From assembly GCA_963742415.1 (NCBI GenBank), contig CAVULX010000003.1, positions 256,001-320,000 on the forward strand: 64,000 nt of DNA, in the 5' to 3' direction. Source of the stretch: an uncultured Parachlamydiaceae bacterium (GTDB lineage: Bacteria > Chlamydiota > Chlamydiia > Chlamydiales > Parachlamydiaceae). Positions within the stretch are counted from its first letter, which is position 1, and the number at the start of each line of letters is the position of its first letter. Under the pieces are notes generated by a model. The model saw nothing but the letters and a program-made list of their open reading frames with translations. It was not told the origin of the DNA and searched no databases. A program made the translations under genes and the position numbers. Of this stretch, positions 38,054 to 49,829 are shown piece by piece.

Positions 38054-38081
38054 AATCTTCTTTGTCCTTTTTATGATTTAT

Positions 38082-40229
38082 TCAATAAAATTTGCGGTTC
38101 GATCTTCGCATATCTAACAATAAATCACAAGGAGCAAAACGGCTTCCAACACTATCTGAAAATTTTTCTAAATGGTCGACGACATAGTTAATGCCTAAGC
38201 TGTCAGCATATCTTAGAAGCCCTCCTCTAAAGGGGGGAAAGCCCACACCCATAATCAAAGCCATATCTAAGTAATCGGGCCGTCCAATGATTTTTTCCTC
38301 CAGGCATCGGGCTCCTTCGTTAATCATGTTCAAGAGAACGCGATCGTTCATCTCTATTTCTGAAAGCGGTTTTTCCCTTTTCTCTCCATCCTTAATCATT
38401 TGCAGAACTTCTGGATTGAATTTCTTCTTTTTTCCTTCGTAAATGTAAAACCCTTTTCCCACTTTTTTTCCTAACAACTGTTTTTCACACATTTCAGCTA
38501 GGATTTTAGGATCTTTCATCCGTTCCCCATAGGCTCCTTCCAAGATCTTGTTAACTTTATGCATCACATCAACCCCCACTTCGTCCGCTAACACAAAGGG
38601 GGGCATAGGAAAGCCAAAATTCAACATCATTCGATCTAACTGTTCGTGGGGAACCTGTTCTTCAAAAAGGCGAAAAACTTCATTGGCGCCTATTGAAAAG
38701 ATCCGATTGACCAAGAAGCCCGCACAATTGCCTACCACCATGGGTGTTTTACCAATTTTTTTACAAAAATCAACTATTGTAGCCACTGTTTGGTCACTGG
38801 TTTTTTCTCCGCGAATAATTTCAATTAAAGGCATTCGGGGAACAGGATTAAAAAAATGCATCCCGATAAACCTATCGGGGTACTTTAAAGATTTGGCCAT
38901 TTCTGTAATGTTGATTGAAGATGTATTAGAGGCAATAATCGCTTCGCGCGGAATCTGACTTTCAAGTTCTTGATAAATTTTTAACTTCAAGTCCAAATTT
39001 TCTGTCGCCGCTTCAATGACAAGGTCGACATGTTGAAACCCCACCATCTCTGTGGCGGTAGTGAGCTTTTGGAACTTGAGCGCAGCTTCTGATGGTTTAA
39101 TTCTTTTCTTTTTGACACCCTCGTCATAAAGGCCTTTGATGACGCCATAGCCTTTGCCTATAGCAGCAGCATCTACATCTTTCATCCGTACATGATAATC
39201 GTTATTGGTCAACTGCCAAGCAATACCGCTGCCCATGACTCCCGCTCCAATGACTCCTGTAGAAGCGATTTTTTTTTGTTTGACCTCTCCAGAAACTCCA
39301 GGGTCTTTTTTTAAGGCTTCTTGGGTAAAAAATAAAGCGATAAGATTTTTCGATATCGGCGCAGCCTCGGACAGGTGGGTCAGGATCGTTTGCGCTTCAC
39401 GCTTTAGACCTTCCTGCAAAGAAAGCCCCGCTGTTTCTTTTAAAAGCTTGATTGCCAAAAGGGGTGCGGGATAATGGCCGCGCGTTTTCTGCAGGACCTC
39501 CTTTTTTGCCTTATAAAAAAGGAGGTTCCTCCCTATTGGATTGGCTTCTAAAAGCCAATGCTTCATCCCTCGCAGCTTTCTTTTACTCAGAACGTCCTTT
39601 TTTCCTCGCGGAGTCAGAATGAGGGAAACAAATTCTCCAATTTTTTCCTCTTTGAATTCATGAGGAACCAAAACATCAGCCAAATGTATTTTCCAGGCTT
39701 TTTGGGCTTTGACCGGTTTAGCCCCTACAATTAGCCCTGTAGCTTCTGCAAGGCCTACAAGCCTTGGCAGCCGTTGCGTTCCTCCCCATCCAGGAATGAT
39801 TCCCAAAGACACTTCGGGCAGTCCTAGCTGTGTTTTAGCTGAGTCTGTGACCATCCGATAAGTGCAGCTTAAGGCCAATTCCAGCCCCCCTCCCAAACAC
39901 GCCCCGTGAATATAAGCTACTGTTGGAAATGGGAGATTCGACAGCTTATTGAAGACCCGGTGTCCGGTTTGAATGATTGTTTCAGCAAAGGAGGGATCTT
40001 TGAAGACCGCATCAAAGCTATGGAGATCCGCACCGGCGATAAAAACATCCTCTTTTCCGCTTGTTAAAACCAAAGCTTTTATGTCTTTATTATCTTTTAT
40101 CTGGTCGATAATCCCTTCCAATTCTTCTACAACAGGAAGTGACAGCTTGTTTACTTTTTCATTGGGAAGGTCAAAGATGAGGCGGGCGACCCCGTTATCT
40201 CCCATGGAATATTGAAAGGCATTCGGCAT
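38082..40229 (-). CDS. fadJ: fatty acid oxidation complex alpha subunit (enoyl-CoA hydratase / 3-hydroxyacyl-CoA dehydrogenase)
   Basis: [47 protein letters not shown]. Confidence 0.92.
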   Translation of the reverse strand: MPNAFQYSMGDNGVARLIFDLPNEKVNKLSLPVVEELEGIIDQIKDNKDIKALVLTSGKEDVFIAGADLHSFDAVFKDPSFAETIIQTGHRVFNKLSNLPFPTVAYIHGACLGGGLELALSCTYRMVTDSAKTQLGLPEVSLGIIPGWGGTQRLPRLVGLAEATGLIVGAKPVKAQKAWKIHLADVLVPHEFKEEKIGEFVSLILTPRGKKDVLSKRKLRGMKHWLLEANPIGRNLLFYKAKKEVLQKTRGHYPAPLLAIKLLKETAGLSLQEGLKREAQTILTHLSEAAPISKNLIALFFTQEALKKDPGVSGEVKQKKIASTGVIGAGVMGSGIAWQLTNNDYHVRMKDVDAAAIGKGYGVIKGLYDEGVKKKRIKPSEAALKFQKLTTATEMVGFQHVDLVIEAATENLDLKLKIYQELESQIPREAIIASNTSSINITEMAKSLKYPDRFIGMHFFNPVPRMPLIEIIRGEKTSDQTVATIVDFCKKIGKTPMVVGNCAGFLVNRIFSIGANEVFRLFEEQVPHEQLDRMMLNFGFPMPPFVLADEVGVDVMHKVNKILEGAYGERMKDPKILAEMCEKQLLGKKVGKGFYIYEGKKKKFNPEVLQMIKDGEKREKPLSEIEMNDRVLLNMINEGARCLEEKIIGRPDYLDMALIMGVGFPPFRGGLLRYADSLGINYVVDHLEKFSDSVGSRFAPCDLLLDMRRSNRKFY

Positions 40230-40262
40230 GAAAAATCTCCTAAGTCAAGTTTTAGGGTTTTC

Positions 40263-41540
40263 TTATAACTCAATTAGAACGGCTTCACCTTGGCCTCCGC
40301 CTACACATAAAGAGGCTATGCCAAGTTTTTTATTTCGACGTTTTAATTCTTTCAACAGAGTAAGGACGAGCCGGGTTCCAGATGCTCCCAAGGGGTGGCC
40401 TAAAGCAATTGCCCCTCCATTTACGTTGAGCTTATCCATCTCAATCTGACCTAAGGGCTGCTCACGGTTTAATTCCCTTTGGCAAAATTCTTTCGAATTA
40501 CAGGCTTTGACTACAGCAAGCACTTGAGACGCAAAAGCCTCGTTAATTTCTATAAGATCGATATCGGATAATTTTTTGCCTGTTTTTGCCAAGAGTTTAG
40601 AGATGGCATATGCCGGACCCAATCCCATACGGCTGGGGTCTAAAGCGGCATAGGCATAATCGACTAAATACCCTATGGGTTTTAAGCCAAGCTCTTTTGC
40701 TTTCGATTCTGTCATCAACAGTACTGCAGCCGCGCCGTCGGTGACTTGGCTTGAATTGCCTGCCGTGACTGTTCCTGTCGTTTTTTCGAACGCCGGTTTT
40801 AACGCTTTTAGCCCCTCCAATGTGGTATTAGCCCTAGGGCCTTCATCTTGTAGTTGTAAAGTCTGACATTTAGGAGGGATCGGAACAGGAACGATCTCCT
40901 CTTTTAATCTTCCTTCAGCGGTGGCTTTTGCCGCACGTTCTTGGCTCATCAAGGCAAATTTATCCTGCTCTTCACGGGAAATGTGAAAATCTCTGACGAG
41001 GTTTTCGGCGGTCTGTCCCATGCTTAGTCCACAAATGGGATCGGCAATTTCAGGGATCTCAGGGATCAAAAATGAGGGGCGGAATGAAAACAAAGTTTGC
41101 AATTTTTGCTTCCAGCCTCGTGCTTTGTTGAGCTTTTGTAAAAAATTCCTCATTTTTTTGGAAAAAAGGACCGGAAAGGCACTCATCGACTCGGTTCCCC
41201 CTGCAATAATCACGTCCGCTTCTCCCATCCATATTTTATTGGCGGCTGTGGCAATGGCTTCCATTCCAGAAGCACAATTGCGATTGACGGTAAACGCCGG
41301 AACATCGTTCGGCAGCCCCCCTTTGATAGATACCACTCGGGCAATGTTAGTGGCATGGGGGGGTTGCAGGACATTGCCAAAAATCAACTCATCCACTTTC
41401 TCAGGCGGAAATCCTGTCCGGGCGAGCAATTCTTTAACCGGATAAGCCCCTAAATCATCCGCCTCCATATCTTTAAGAACTCCGCCTCCTTTGCAGAAGG
41501 GGGTTCTTATGCCGTCTATAATAGCAATACGTTCTTTCAT
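40263..41540 (-). CDS. fadI: acetyl-CoA C-acyltransferase (thiolase)
   Basis: [29 protein letters not shown]. Confidence 0.9.
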   Translation of the reverse strand: MKERIAIIDGIRTPFCKGGGVLKDMEADDLGAYPVKELLARTGFPPEKVDELIFGNVLQPPHATNIARVVSIKGGLPNDVPAFTVNRNCASGMEAIATAANKIWMGEADVIIAGGTESMSAFPVLFSKKMRNFLQKLNKARGWKQKLQTLFSFRPSFLIPEIPEIADPICGLSMGQTAENLVRDFHISREEQDKFALMSQERAAKATAEGRLKEEIVPVPIPPKCQTLQLQDEGPRANTTLEGLKALKPAFEKTTGTVTAGNSSQVTDGAAAVLLMTESKAKELGLKPIGYLVDYAYAALDPSRMGLGPAYAISKLLAKTGKKLSDIDLIEINEAFASQVLAVVKACNSKEFCQRELNREQPLGQIEMDKLNVNGGAIALGHPLGASGTRLVLTLLKELKRRNKKLGIASLCVGGGQGEAVLIEL

Positions 41541-43300
41541 ACTTTTGCTTCCTCCGGATACATAGCATCGATCAGATGCTCATACTTTTGCATAATAACA
41601 TCCCTTCTAAGTTTCATAGAGGGGGTCATTTCCCCCGATTCAATTGTGGGAGAATGGGGAATAAAGCAATAAGCATGGATTTGCTCCCAACGATTCAAAT
41701 GTTTATTAAGAGATTCAAACAGACGGTCCATTTCTCCCCTTACAAATTCGGAATTTAAAAATTCATCGTCCGATAAGTGCGAAGCCTCATGCGTAGCTTT
41801 CAAACTATCCAACACCTCCTTATTCGGAAACAAAAGACAAGAGGCAAATTTTCGCCCTTCGGCTATCACCATCGCAGTCTCAATCAAAGGCGCTTGACAT
41901 ATCATTTGTTCAATCGGCACTGGCGCCACCCACTCACCGGTGGAAGTTTTATAGAGTTCTTTGAGGCGGCCATGTAGAGTCAAGAACCCATCTTTATCGA
42001 TCTCCCCTTTATCTCCTGTATGCAGCCAACCATCCCCATCCAGCGCGCTAGCGGTAGCGTCAGGATTCTTATAATAACCTCGCATCACCAGCGAGCCTTT
42101 TACTAAAACTTCGCCATTATCGTCTATTTTTAATTCAAAATCTTTGAAAGGCCTGCCTACAGTGCCTATTTTATTTACCTCTTTATTGTTAACCGTAATC
42201 GGACAGGCTTCCGTTAGTCCCCATCCTTCGTAGATAGGCACTCCAATTTCTTGAAAAAAATGGTTAAGGTGCGGGTTCAGGGGGGCTCCCCCGGAAATAA
42301 CCCCTTCAACGCTGCCCCCCAAAGCTTCTCTCAAGTTGAAATAAACGATCCTATCGACTAAAGGATGGATCAAATATTTAATCAGAGAATCTGTTTCTTG
42401 ATTGGCCAAATCAAATGCCCATTGCCCTAAATGCCTTTTCATAAAGCCCGCTTCCTGGACGGCTGCTTGCATCTTGGCATAAACTTTTTCTAAGATCCTT
42501 GGAACTACAACAAGAATGGTAGGGTGAATTTCGCGACATGCAGCTCCGATGCTTTTTAAATCATTGAAATAATAAATGCTGGCCCCGAATTGCAGCATGA
42601 TTAAGTTTAAAGAAAATCCAAAAATATGCGCCAATGGAAGAATACTTAAATACCGGCTTTGCTCTGCCTTAATTTCAAGAGGGATATCACACAGATGGCG
42701 GGTTAAATTTTTTTGGATCAACTCCACTCCCTTGGGCGTCCCAGTCGTCGCACTGGTATAGATAATGGCTGCTAAATCGTCGTCGTGAATCGCTTTTTTG
42801 GCTTGCTCAAAAGCTTCGGGATTTTGCTCTTCATATTGTTTCCCCATTTCCATCAACTGTTCGTAAGGAATGGCTGTCTCGTCTTGTGTTTCTGAGGCGA
42901 TTTCGATCACTGTGGAAAACAAATCCCGATGCCGATCAAACATAGGAATAGGTTCCTTTCTATCTACAAAAATCATTTTCATCTCTGTCTGCGTAACTTC
43001 ATGGACAAGGTTTTCCTCGGAAAGATTGGGAAACAAAGGCACTAACACTCCCCCGGACAATATGACAGCAAAATTGATGATGGTCCACGAAGGGGAGGGG
43101 TAGGCCATTAGCCCTATTTTATCTCCCCGTTTAACCCCTAAACGAATCAAACCGTTTGTCAAATACCGTATTTTCTCGATCATTTCCTGGGTGGATATGG
43201 CATACCAATTCCCTTTTTCGCAAAAATTTAGCGCTTTGGGATTTGCGTATTGCGAGCTAATATAGTCGAAAAGTTCCACGAAATTATTACATGGCACCAT
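41537..43300 (-). CDS. fadD: long-chain fatty acid-CoA ligase (FadD-like)
   Basis: YTSATTGTPKGV, SGGAPL, EGWGLTE, HTGD, TPSMKLRR. Confidence 0.88.
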   Translation of the reverse strand: MVPCNNFVELFDYISSQYANPKALNFCEKGNWYAISTQEMIEKIRYLTNGLIRLGVKRGDKIGLMAYPSPSWTIINFAVILSGGVLVPLFPNLSEENLVHEVTQTEMKMIFVDRKEPIPMFDRHRDLFSTVIEIASETQDETAIPYEQLMEMGKQYEEQNPEAFEQAKKAIHDDDLAAIIYTSATTGTPKGVELIQKNLTRHLCDIPLEIKAEQSRYLSILPLAHIFGFSLNLIMLQFGASIYYFNDLKSIGAACREIHPTILVVVPRILEKVYAKMQAAVQEAGFMKRHLGQWAFDLANQETDSLIKYLIHPLVDRIVYFNLREALGGSVEGVISGGAPLNPHLNHFFQEIGVPIYEGWGLTEACPITVNNKEVNKIGTVGRPFKDFELKIDDNGEVLVKGSLVMRGYYKNPDATASALDGDGWLHTGDKGEIDKDGFLTLHGRLKELYKTSTGEWVAPVPIEQMICQAPLIETAMVIAEGRKFASCLLFPNKEVLDSLKATHEASHLSDDEFLNSEFVRGEMDRLFESLNKHLNRWEQIHAYCFIPHSPTIESGEMTPSMKLRRDVIMQKYEHLIDAMYPEEAKV

Positions 43301-43434
43301 TTTCTTTATTCTCCTTATTAAACAGCCCCTTACTTTTATCTTAATTAAAATTATAATTTTATGGCTAATTTTCCCATTTTTTTCCCCAAAAGGAAAGAAA
43401 ATGGGTCTAGAATGTGTTAATTATTTGAAATGGA

Positions 43435-44712
43435 TTAATCTGAATAGCGGGCTTGAAGCATGGGGTAGTTTTTCCATACGATAAGTCCGCTGACGGCACT
43501 AACCATAGCGCCGGCAATCAAAAACCAAACGGCATTTAGGGGGGAATGGGTAAACTTAATCAATGCAGTCAAAACAACAGGCAAAAATCCCATAATCGAA
43601 TAGGTCACATTATAGCAAGATGCTATCCCCGTATATCGGACCTTTGTTGAAAAAATAGCCGCAAGTAGAGGGAAATAGCAAACCATGAGAAATGAAATCA
43701 CGGTCTGATAAAGAATCATAAAGAGAATCAATAAGGGGAAGCTTTGGGATAGCAAAATATTAAAAAACGAGAAGCCGCACCCCGCAAATGTCAAACATGT
43801 CACAATTAAAATGGGAAGTTTGCCAAAGCGATCCGCAATCAAACCACAAACTGGCAAAATGAAGGAAGACCACAAAAGTCCGCAAGTCATTGCCAAATAA
43901 ACGTCTTGAGAAGGGATGTGAAAATGTTCGCTCAGGTAGGTAGGAAGATAAAGGGCAAAAATCACGAGGCTGGAGACAAACAAGGTCATTCCAATGCCCA
44001 GCATAATTTCGAGGCGGAAATAGCGGAATAAACAAAGAAGAGGCTCCTTCAAAGATACTGTTGAGCGGGTCGTTTGCAACCGTGAAAACTCTGGCGTTTC
44101 TTGGAGGTGCTTACGGATAAAATAGTTCACAATGGCTAAAAGTCCTCCGAGAAGAAAAGGGATCCTCCATCCCCAATGGAGAATTTGCTCTCGGGCCATA
44201 TTTTTAGAAAGCATATAGAGGACAAATGAGGCTAGAGTAGACCCCAAACCCACACTGGAAATGACAAAGCTCGAATAGGTTCCATGCTTTTGTTTTTCGG
44301 CGTATTCGCAGACAACAGTGATGGCGCCTGGAAGCTCCGCTCCAAACGACAACCCTTGAAAAATACGGGCTAAGACAAGCAAACAGGGAGCTACGGCACC
44401 AATTTGAGCATATGTGGGCAAAAATCCGATGATAAAGGTGGATATTGCCATTATCAACATCACTGCTAGGAAGGTTTTTTTTCGCCCATAGGTGTCCCCA
44501 ACCATTCCAAACAAAATGCCGCCAAATGGGCGGATCAAATACCCTATAGCAAAGACAGCAAATGTCTTTAGGGTCGCGATCCAAGGGGTGGCATCAGCAA
44601 AAAAGAGAAATCCCAAATATTCAGCCATCATCCCATAAATGATGAAATCGTAATACTCTAAACCTGCCCCCAAGCTGGAAAGAAATGCAGCCTTTTTCGC
44701 TGTGTTTGTCAT
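43435..44712 (-). CDS. MFS transporter, MHS/ProP-like
   Basis: EYYDFIIY, RPFGG..GDTYGRK, QGLSFGAE, WGWRIPF. Confidence 0.92.
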   Translation of the reverse strand: MTNTAKKAAFLSSLGAGLEYYDFIIYGMMAEYLGFLFFADATPWIATLKTFAVFAIGYLIRPFGGILFGMVGDTYGRKKTFLAVMLIMAISTFIIGFLPTYAQIGAVAPCLLVLARIFQGLSFGAELPGAITVVCEYAEKQKHGTYSSFVISSVGLGSTLASFVLYMLSKNMAREQILHWGWRIPFLLGGLLAIVNYFIRKHLQETPEFSRLQTTRSTVSLKEPLLCLFRYFRLEIMLGIGMTLFVSSLVIFALYLPTYLSEHFHIPSQDVYLAMTCGLLWSSFILPVCGLIADRFGKLPILIVTCLTFAGCGFSFFNILLSQSFPLLILFMILYQTVISFLMVCYFPLLAAIFSTKVRYTGIASCYNVTYSIMGFLPVVLTALIKFTHSPLNAVWFLIAGAMVSAVSGLIVWKNYPMLQARYSD

Positions 44713-44738
44713 GGTCGCTCTTTAGTTTTTGAACGTGA

Positions 44739-46190
44739 TTAAGCGTTATAAGATGTGGAGCTTACATTGCCGCCTGTTCCGGTCCAATTGGTATGAAAAA
44801 ATTGACCGCGCGGCTTGTCTATCCGCTCATATGTGTGGGCTCCAAAATAGTCTCGCTGGGCTTGCAAAAGATTAGCCGGCAGCCGCGCTGTCCTATAGCC
44901 ATCATAAAAAGCTAAAGCAGTGCTAAAGCAGGGGGTCGGGATCCCCAATTCTGCGCTCACACCTACCGCTTTGCGCCATCCTTCTTGCGCTTTTTGAAGT
45001 TCTTGAATGAAAAAATTATCCAATAAGAGATTTTTTATAAGAGGGTTTTTCTGATAGGCTTCTTTTATTTTCCCCAAAAATTTGCTCCGAATAATACATC
45101 CGCCGCGCCACATCAAAGCAATCCCCCCATAATTGAGCTTCCATTTATATTCATTTGCTGCCTGCCGCATCAACATAAACCCTTGGGCATAACTGATGAT
45201 CTTTGAAGCATAAAGGGCCTGCCTAATGCTCTCGATGAATTCTCTACATTCCCCTTAAATTTATTTTCAGGGCCTTTAAGCACCTTGCTTGCTTCCATCC
45301 TTTCCTCTTTTATAGCCGAAAGGCAACGGGCAAAAACAGCTTCACCTATCAACGTCAAAGGCATTCCTAAATCGAGAGCATTAATGCACGGTCCACTTGC
45401 CAGTCCCTTTTTGTCCGGCAACATCGAGGATTTTGTCGACAATGGAGTGTTGTCAGTATCTAAAGTAGAAAAAATGTGGCTTGTGATTTCAATCAGATAA
45501 CTATTAAGCTCCTGTTGATTCCAATCTTTAAAAATTTCACTAAGTTGATTGGCTTTTAATCCTAAGCCATTTTTCAACAAATCATAAGCTTCACAGATAA
45601 GCTGCATATCGCCATATTCAATGCCGTTATGAACCATTTTTACATAATGACCTGCACCTTCATCTCCTACCCAATCGCAGCAAGGCTCTCCATTCAGCTT
45701 TAGCGGCAATGGCTCTGAAAAATAGGCTTTAATACGAGGCCATCCATCCGGATTTCCCCCCGGCATAATCGATGGACCGTGCCGCGCCCCTTCTTCCCCT
45801 CCGGAGATACCAGTACCAATAAAGATAATCCCCTTTTCTTTAAGCTCTTGGCAGCGACGGTTTGTATCTGTAAAGAGGCTATTTCCCCCATCGATAATCA
45901 TATCCCCTTTTTCAAGATAAGGAAGACAGCTGCTCAATCAATTCGTCAACAGGCTCTCCGGCTTTGACCATCAACATGATACTGCGGGGCTTTTTAAGGG
46001 TCTTGAAAAACTCTTCTAAAGAATGGGTTCCAATAATTTTTGTTCCTTTTGCCGGCCCTGTGAGGAATTCATCTACTTTGGCTGTAGTACGGTTAAATAC
46101 CGCAACGATAAAACCATGATCATTCATATTTAAAGCAAGATTTTGCCCCATGACAGCGAGTCCAATTAGTCCGATATCAGCTTGAGCCAT
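44739..46190 (-). pseudogene. gnd: 6-phosphogluconate dehydrogenase with multiple frameshifts (likely sequencing artefact)
   Basis: [45 protein letters not shown] split over three ORFs by about seven single-base indels. Confidence 0.9.
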
Positions 46191-46332
46191 AAAAAATTCC
46201 TTTTTTTGTGTTAGTCAGATTGTATGCAAGAAAAGATAGGGGAATCAAGAGAAAAAAGGGTAAAAGCACTTGAGGAAAACATTTATTAACTGTTATCATG
46301 GCAATGCCAATTTTTAAGTTCAATGTGTGCAT

Positions 46333-46405
46333 GTCCTCGTAGCTCAGTGGATAGAGCGGTTGCCTCCTAAGCAACAGGTCGCGCGTTCAATTCGCGCCGA
46401 GGACG
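46333..46405 (+). tRNA. tRNA-Arg (CCT)
   Basis: GTCCTCG/CGAGGAC acceptor, anticodon arm GTTGC-CTCCTAA-GCAAC, T arm GCGCG-TTCAATT-CGCGC. Confidence 0.96.
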
Positions 46406-46415
46406 ATTCTTTAAA

Positions 46416-46874
46416 TTACTGATTGAGTGGTAATGGCTTTGGAGTGTACCACTCATTAAGCCAGACGACAGACCTGACTCCAAGGAAAAAGCCTAACAAA
46501 GGAACAAAAAATCTAGGATGGTGCTGCATGTGTTCATAAAAAAAAAGCGCTGTCACCGCCACGATTTCAATGGGATGCAGCCCACGCCCCACGAATAGCA
46601 CCGCATTGCCTTGCCCACACCCGGGACGCGCCTCTCCCTCGGATTTTGTCTCAACTTTCCATAAGATTAAAGTAACCTGATAGGCCGCACCAAGTGCAGC
46701 TCCTGCGCCAAAAGAAATCGGTTCTAAATAAATTCCAAAAATTCCGAAAGCAATCGCGCATGCATTTTCTAGCGTCTGAATATAAGCGGGGCTTTTCCCA
46801 TTGCTTACACATGGGGAGCATTGTGTGTTGTTAGACTGACCAGTACATTGGGGGCAACACCTTTCTGTATTCAT
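46416..46874 (-). CDS. Cys-rich hypothetical membrane protein
   Basis: CCPQC..CSPC N-terminus and several hydrophobic segments. Confidence 0.65.
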   Translation of the reverse strand: MNTERCCPQCTGQSNNTQCSPCVSNGKSPAYIQTLENACAIAFGIFGIYLEPISFGAGAALGAAYQVTLILWKVETKSEGEARPGCGQGNAVLFVGRGLHPIEIVAVTALFFYEHMQHHPRFFVPLLGFFLGVRSVVWLNEWYTPKPLPLNQ

Positions 46875-46923
46875 TCTTTGATCCTATGTAAAATATTCAA
46901 AAGGTAAATTTCCGATTCATTCA

Positions 46924-47028
46924 TTAGGTAAATATCACCAACAAAGCAATAATGCTAGTTACCCAGAGGATGAGGGATAACATCGAAAAACGGGGATCGC
47001 ATTTGGAATGTCTGGGATCTTCGCACAT
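46924..47028 (-). CDS. possible small single-TM peptide (34 aa)
   Basis: MCEDPRHSKCDPRFSMLSLILWVTSIIALLVIFT*; below the ORF-track cut-off. Confidence 0.35.
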   Translation of the reverse strand: MCEDPRHSKCDPRFSMLSLILWVTSIIALLVIFT

Positions 47029-47142
47029 ATGATGGTAACACTTAAATATATAATTTCGTTTAATTAGAATAACTTGTTATGATTCATTTGACAACAAAAA
47101 TTTCCGAAAAAAATCACTTTTATTTTCAACGTTAAGATTATC

Positions 47143-47895
47143 ATGCTCAGACAAGAAAAAGATGGGGTCCATTGGTTGGAATATGAGCTTTTAGCCGAAT
47201 TTCCCCATGTCAAACATGGAGTCTTTTTACGGCATGGGGGGCACAGCCAAGGGGAATACGCCTCATTAAATCTATCTTATTTTGTAGGGGATGACGCTGC
47301 ATGTGTGAAAGGGAATTTTGATAAGGTGATGTCGATCATGGGAGTGAAAAAAATCGTTTATGGTGAACAAAATCATGGAAAAACTATTTCCCTGGTCACT
47401 TCCGATACTAAAGAGATCCTTTGCGGAGATGGTTTAGCTACGGCTACGTGGAATCTTGGATTGCTCATCTGCCATGCCGATTGTCAAGCAGCCATCATGT
47501 ATGATACAGAAAATAAAGCAGTTGTGAATGTCCATTGCGGCTGGAAAGGAAACGTCCAAAACATCTATGGATCAGCTGTGGCCTTTATGCAAAAGTTTTT
47601 CCGCACCAAACCGCAAAATCTGCTTGTGTGTATTTCTCCTAGCCTTGCTCCACATAGCGCCGAATTTATCAATTATAGAAAAGAACTCCCGGAAAACTTT
47701 TGGGAATTCCAAGTAAAGCCCTACTATTTTGATTTGTGGGCCATCAGTGAAATGCAACTAGTGCAATCTGGCGTCTTAAAACACCATATTCAAATCGCCG
47801 GGATTGACACTTTAAACAACCCCCAAGATTACTATTCCTACCGATATCAAAAAGTCCGCGGCTGCCATGGCACTTTCGTCAGCTTAAATCCTTAA
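47143..47895 (+). CDS. pgeF: peptidoglycan editing factor PgeF (YfiH) family
   Basis: SLNLS, QNHG, GDGL, HADC, HCGWKG, YSYR. Confidence 0.88.
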   Translation: MLRQEKDGVHWLEYELLAEFPHVKHGVFLRHGGHSQGEYASLNLSYFVGDDAACVKGNFDKVMSIMGVKKIVYGEQNHGKTISLVTSDTKEILCGDGLATATWNLGLLICHADCQAAIMYDTENKAVVNVHCGWKGNVQNIYGSAVAFMQKFFRTKPQNLLVCISPSLAPHSAEFINYRKELPENFWEFQVKPYYFDLWAISEMQLVQSGVLKHHIQIAGIDTLNNPQDYYSYRYQKVRGCHGTFVSLNP

Positions 47896-47962
47896 TTTTT
47901 TACCTATTTCAAATAAGGGAAAAGAATTCGGATCTGAAACTTTAGAAGTTTGTGAATACCCT

Positions 47963-48526
47963 CTAAAGCGGGGGAAACATTTGATAGAGACCAAAGGTCA
48001 TCGCTCCCCCAAAAAAACCTGCCATATTTACAAATAAAAATAATAACAACAGACAAATGCAATAAAACCTGCTGCACCCTAATTGCGTTCTGACGTATGC
48101 CAGAACAATAGCAAAAGCAGCAGTTAAGATTCCGAACCACATATGCCAAAAAAGAAGCCTCTCCATTAAGCCTCCATAGGGAGCCGAATAGCTATAGATT
48201 AAGCCTAACAGAGCTGTAGGCGGCGCAAACAGGGCTGCCGAAATAATTAGAAAACGGGATGAAAATTCGAATATTGGCTTCTTGTACCATGCCAAAAGTA
48301 ATTCGGAAACAACAAGCATATTGATTAAAGCAATGGGAAAATGGAGAAAAATTAAGTGAAAACTGCCCGCCCACCGTATCCATGAGGTTGGGCGCCCTTG
48401 TTGAGAATTCTCCTCAACTTCACTTTGAACACTTTCTGCCAGCACTCTCTTTTCTTCATGCCCCTCATGCGCTAATCCGAAACAACTAGAAGAAAGAAAA
48501 ACAAAGATAAAAATTATTCTCATCAA
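47963..48526 (-). CDS. DUF2231-like membrane protein
   Basis: FHLIFLHFPIAL, WHMWFG, GFFGGAMTFG. Confidence 0.75.
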   Translation of the reverse strand: MMRIIFIFVFLSSSCFGLAHEGHEEKRVLAESVQSEVEENSQQGRPTSWIRWAGSFHLIFLHFPIALINMLVVSELLLAWYKKPIFEFSSRFLIISAALFAPPTALLGLIYSYSAPYGGLMERLLFWHMWFGILTAAFAIVLAYVRTQLGCSRFYCICLLLLFLFVNMAGFFGGAMTFGLYQMFPPL

Positions 48527-48632
48527 ACACTCCCTGTTTCTCCATCAAAACAATCTTTAAATTGGCCTATCGTCGATTTTTTTGCTAGCTCATCCTCAAA
48601 ATTCATAATTCCCTTTACTTTTTTTTGCCGAA

Positions 48633-49718
48633 GTGTTATATTTTTGCTCTAAGATTTTAAGGTACAAGATGATCCCTCTATTTTTTCTAACTATCGTTTG
48701 CAACTTTTTTTACATCAGCAACCTTACTGCCATTGATCGCTTTCCTGCCATTACCCCCTACGCTACAGGAATGCTTACAGTCGATGATGTCCATCAAATC
48801 TATTGGGAAGAAAGCGGCAATCCTAATGGCATCCCAGTCCTATTTTTGCACGGAGGCCCAGGTGTGGCAACAAATCCCAGCGACCGCACTTTTTTCGACC
48901 CCAATTTTTACCGCATTATTCTCTTCGACCAGCGCGGATGTGGAAAAAGCATTCCAAAAAATTGCCTAACAAACAACACTACATGGGATCTGGTCGAAGA
49001 CATCAATAAGTTGCGCGAATTCCTTGCCATCGACAAATGTTTGGTCTTTGGCGGCTCTTGGGGAAGCACATTAGCTTTAACGTACGCCATTAAATACCCT
49101 GAAAATGTTTTAGGATTAATCTTAAGAGGCATTTTTCTCTTCACTCCAAAAGAACTCGATTGGTTTTATCGAGAGGGCGCAAACCAGCTTTCTCCTAAAG
49201 CTTGGGAAATATTCATCAACGCCGTTCCCAAAGAACAGCAAAATGACCTTGTTGCTGCTTACCACAAGACATTGCAGTCAGGCTCTTTTTGGACAGAAAG
49301 CAATGCGGCTGCAGCTTGGGTCTTATGGGAATTTGCCAACCTACAATCGGTTCCCGATTCTCGCCTCGATTCATTAATCAACAGTAAATTTCTATTTAAA
49401 GTCTTTACAATCCTTTATAAAAACCAAAACAAAACGCAAGCTCTTATTGAAAATCATTATTTCTTTAATAAAGGATTTTTTCAGACAGATAATTGGATCT
49501 TGGAAAATATGGATAAAATTAAAAATATCCCTGGCGTGATTATTCAAGGAAAATGTGATCAAATTTGTCCGTGGGAATATGCTGCCGAGCTTCACCAAAA
49601 ATGGCCTGCATCAACTTTTATTCTATTACCCAATGCGGGCCACGCTTCCACCGAGCCAGGAATTTTAGAAGCCCTTATCGAAGCTACCGAAGATTTTAAA
49701 AACAAAATCGGTTTTTAA
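48633..49718 (+). CDS. pip: proline iminopeptidase
   Basis: FLHGGPG, FDQRGCG, GGSWG nucleophile, LRGIF, GKCD, AGH; start may be 48669. Confidence 0.93.
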   Translation: MLYFCSKILRYKMIPLFFLTIVCNFFYISNLTAIDRFPAITPYATGMLTVDDVHQIYWEESGNPNGIPVLFLHGGPGVATNPSDRTFFDPNFYRIILFDQRGCGKSIPKNCLTNNTTWDLVEDINKLREFLAIDKCLVFGGSWGSTLALTYAIKYPENVLGLILRGIFLFTPKELDWFYREGANQLSPKAWEIFINAVPKEQQNDLVAAYHKTLQSGSFWTESNAAAAWVLWEFANLQSVPDSRLDSLINSKFLFKVFTILYKNQNKTQALIENHYFFNKGFFQTDNWILENMDKIKNIPGVIIQGKCDQICPWEYAAELHQKWPASTFILLPNAGHASTEPGILEALIEATEDFKNKIGF

Positions 49719-49829
49719 TTACTTCACTTTTCAAACCATAACATTATTGCCCCTGTAAGAAACAAAAAGTCAAATCTTTATTTCAAAATTACCTTTTGCT
49801 ATGGTGCTATATTATAGCAAAGGAAAAAA

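Noticed and set aside
44739-46190. Programmed frameshifting or a split gnd
   Set aside because: Too many indels of mixed sign, with no consistent slippery motif; error or decay explains them better.
46333-46405. tRNA-Arg as attachment site of an integrative island
   Set aside because: No duplicated tRNA 3' end and no integrase seen within the window; cannot be excluded beyond it.
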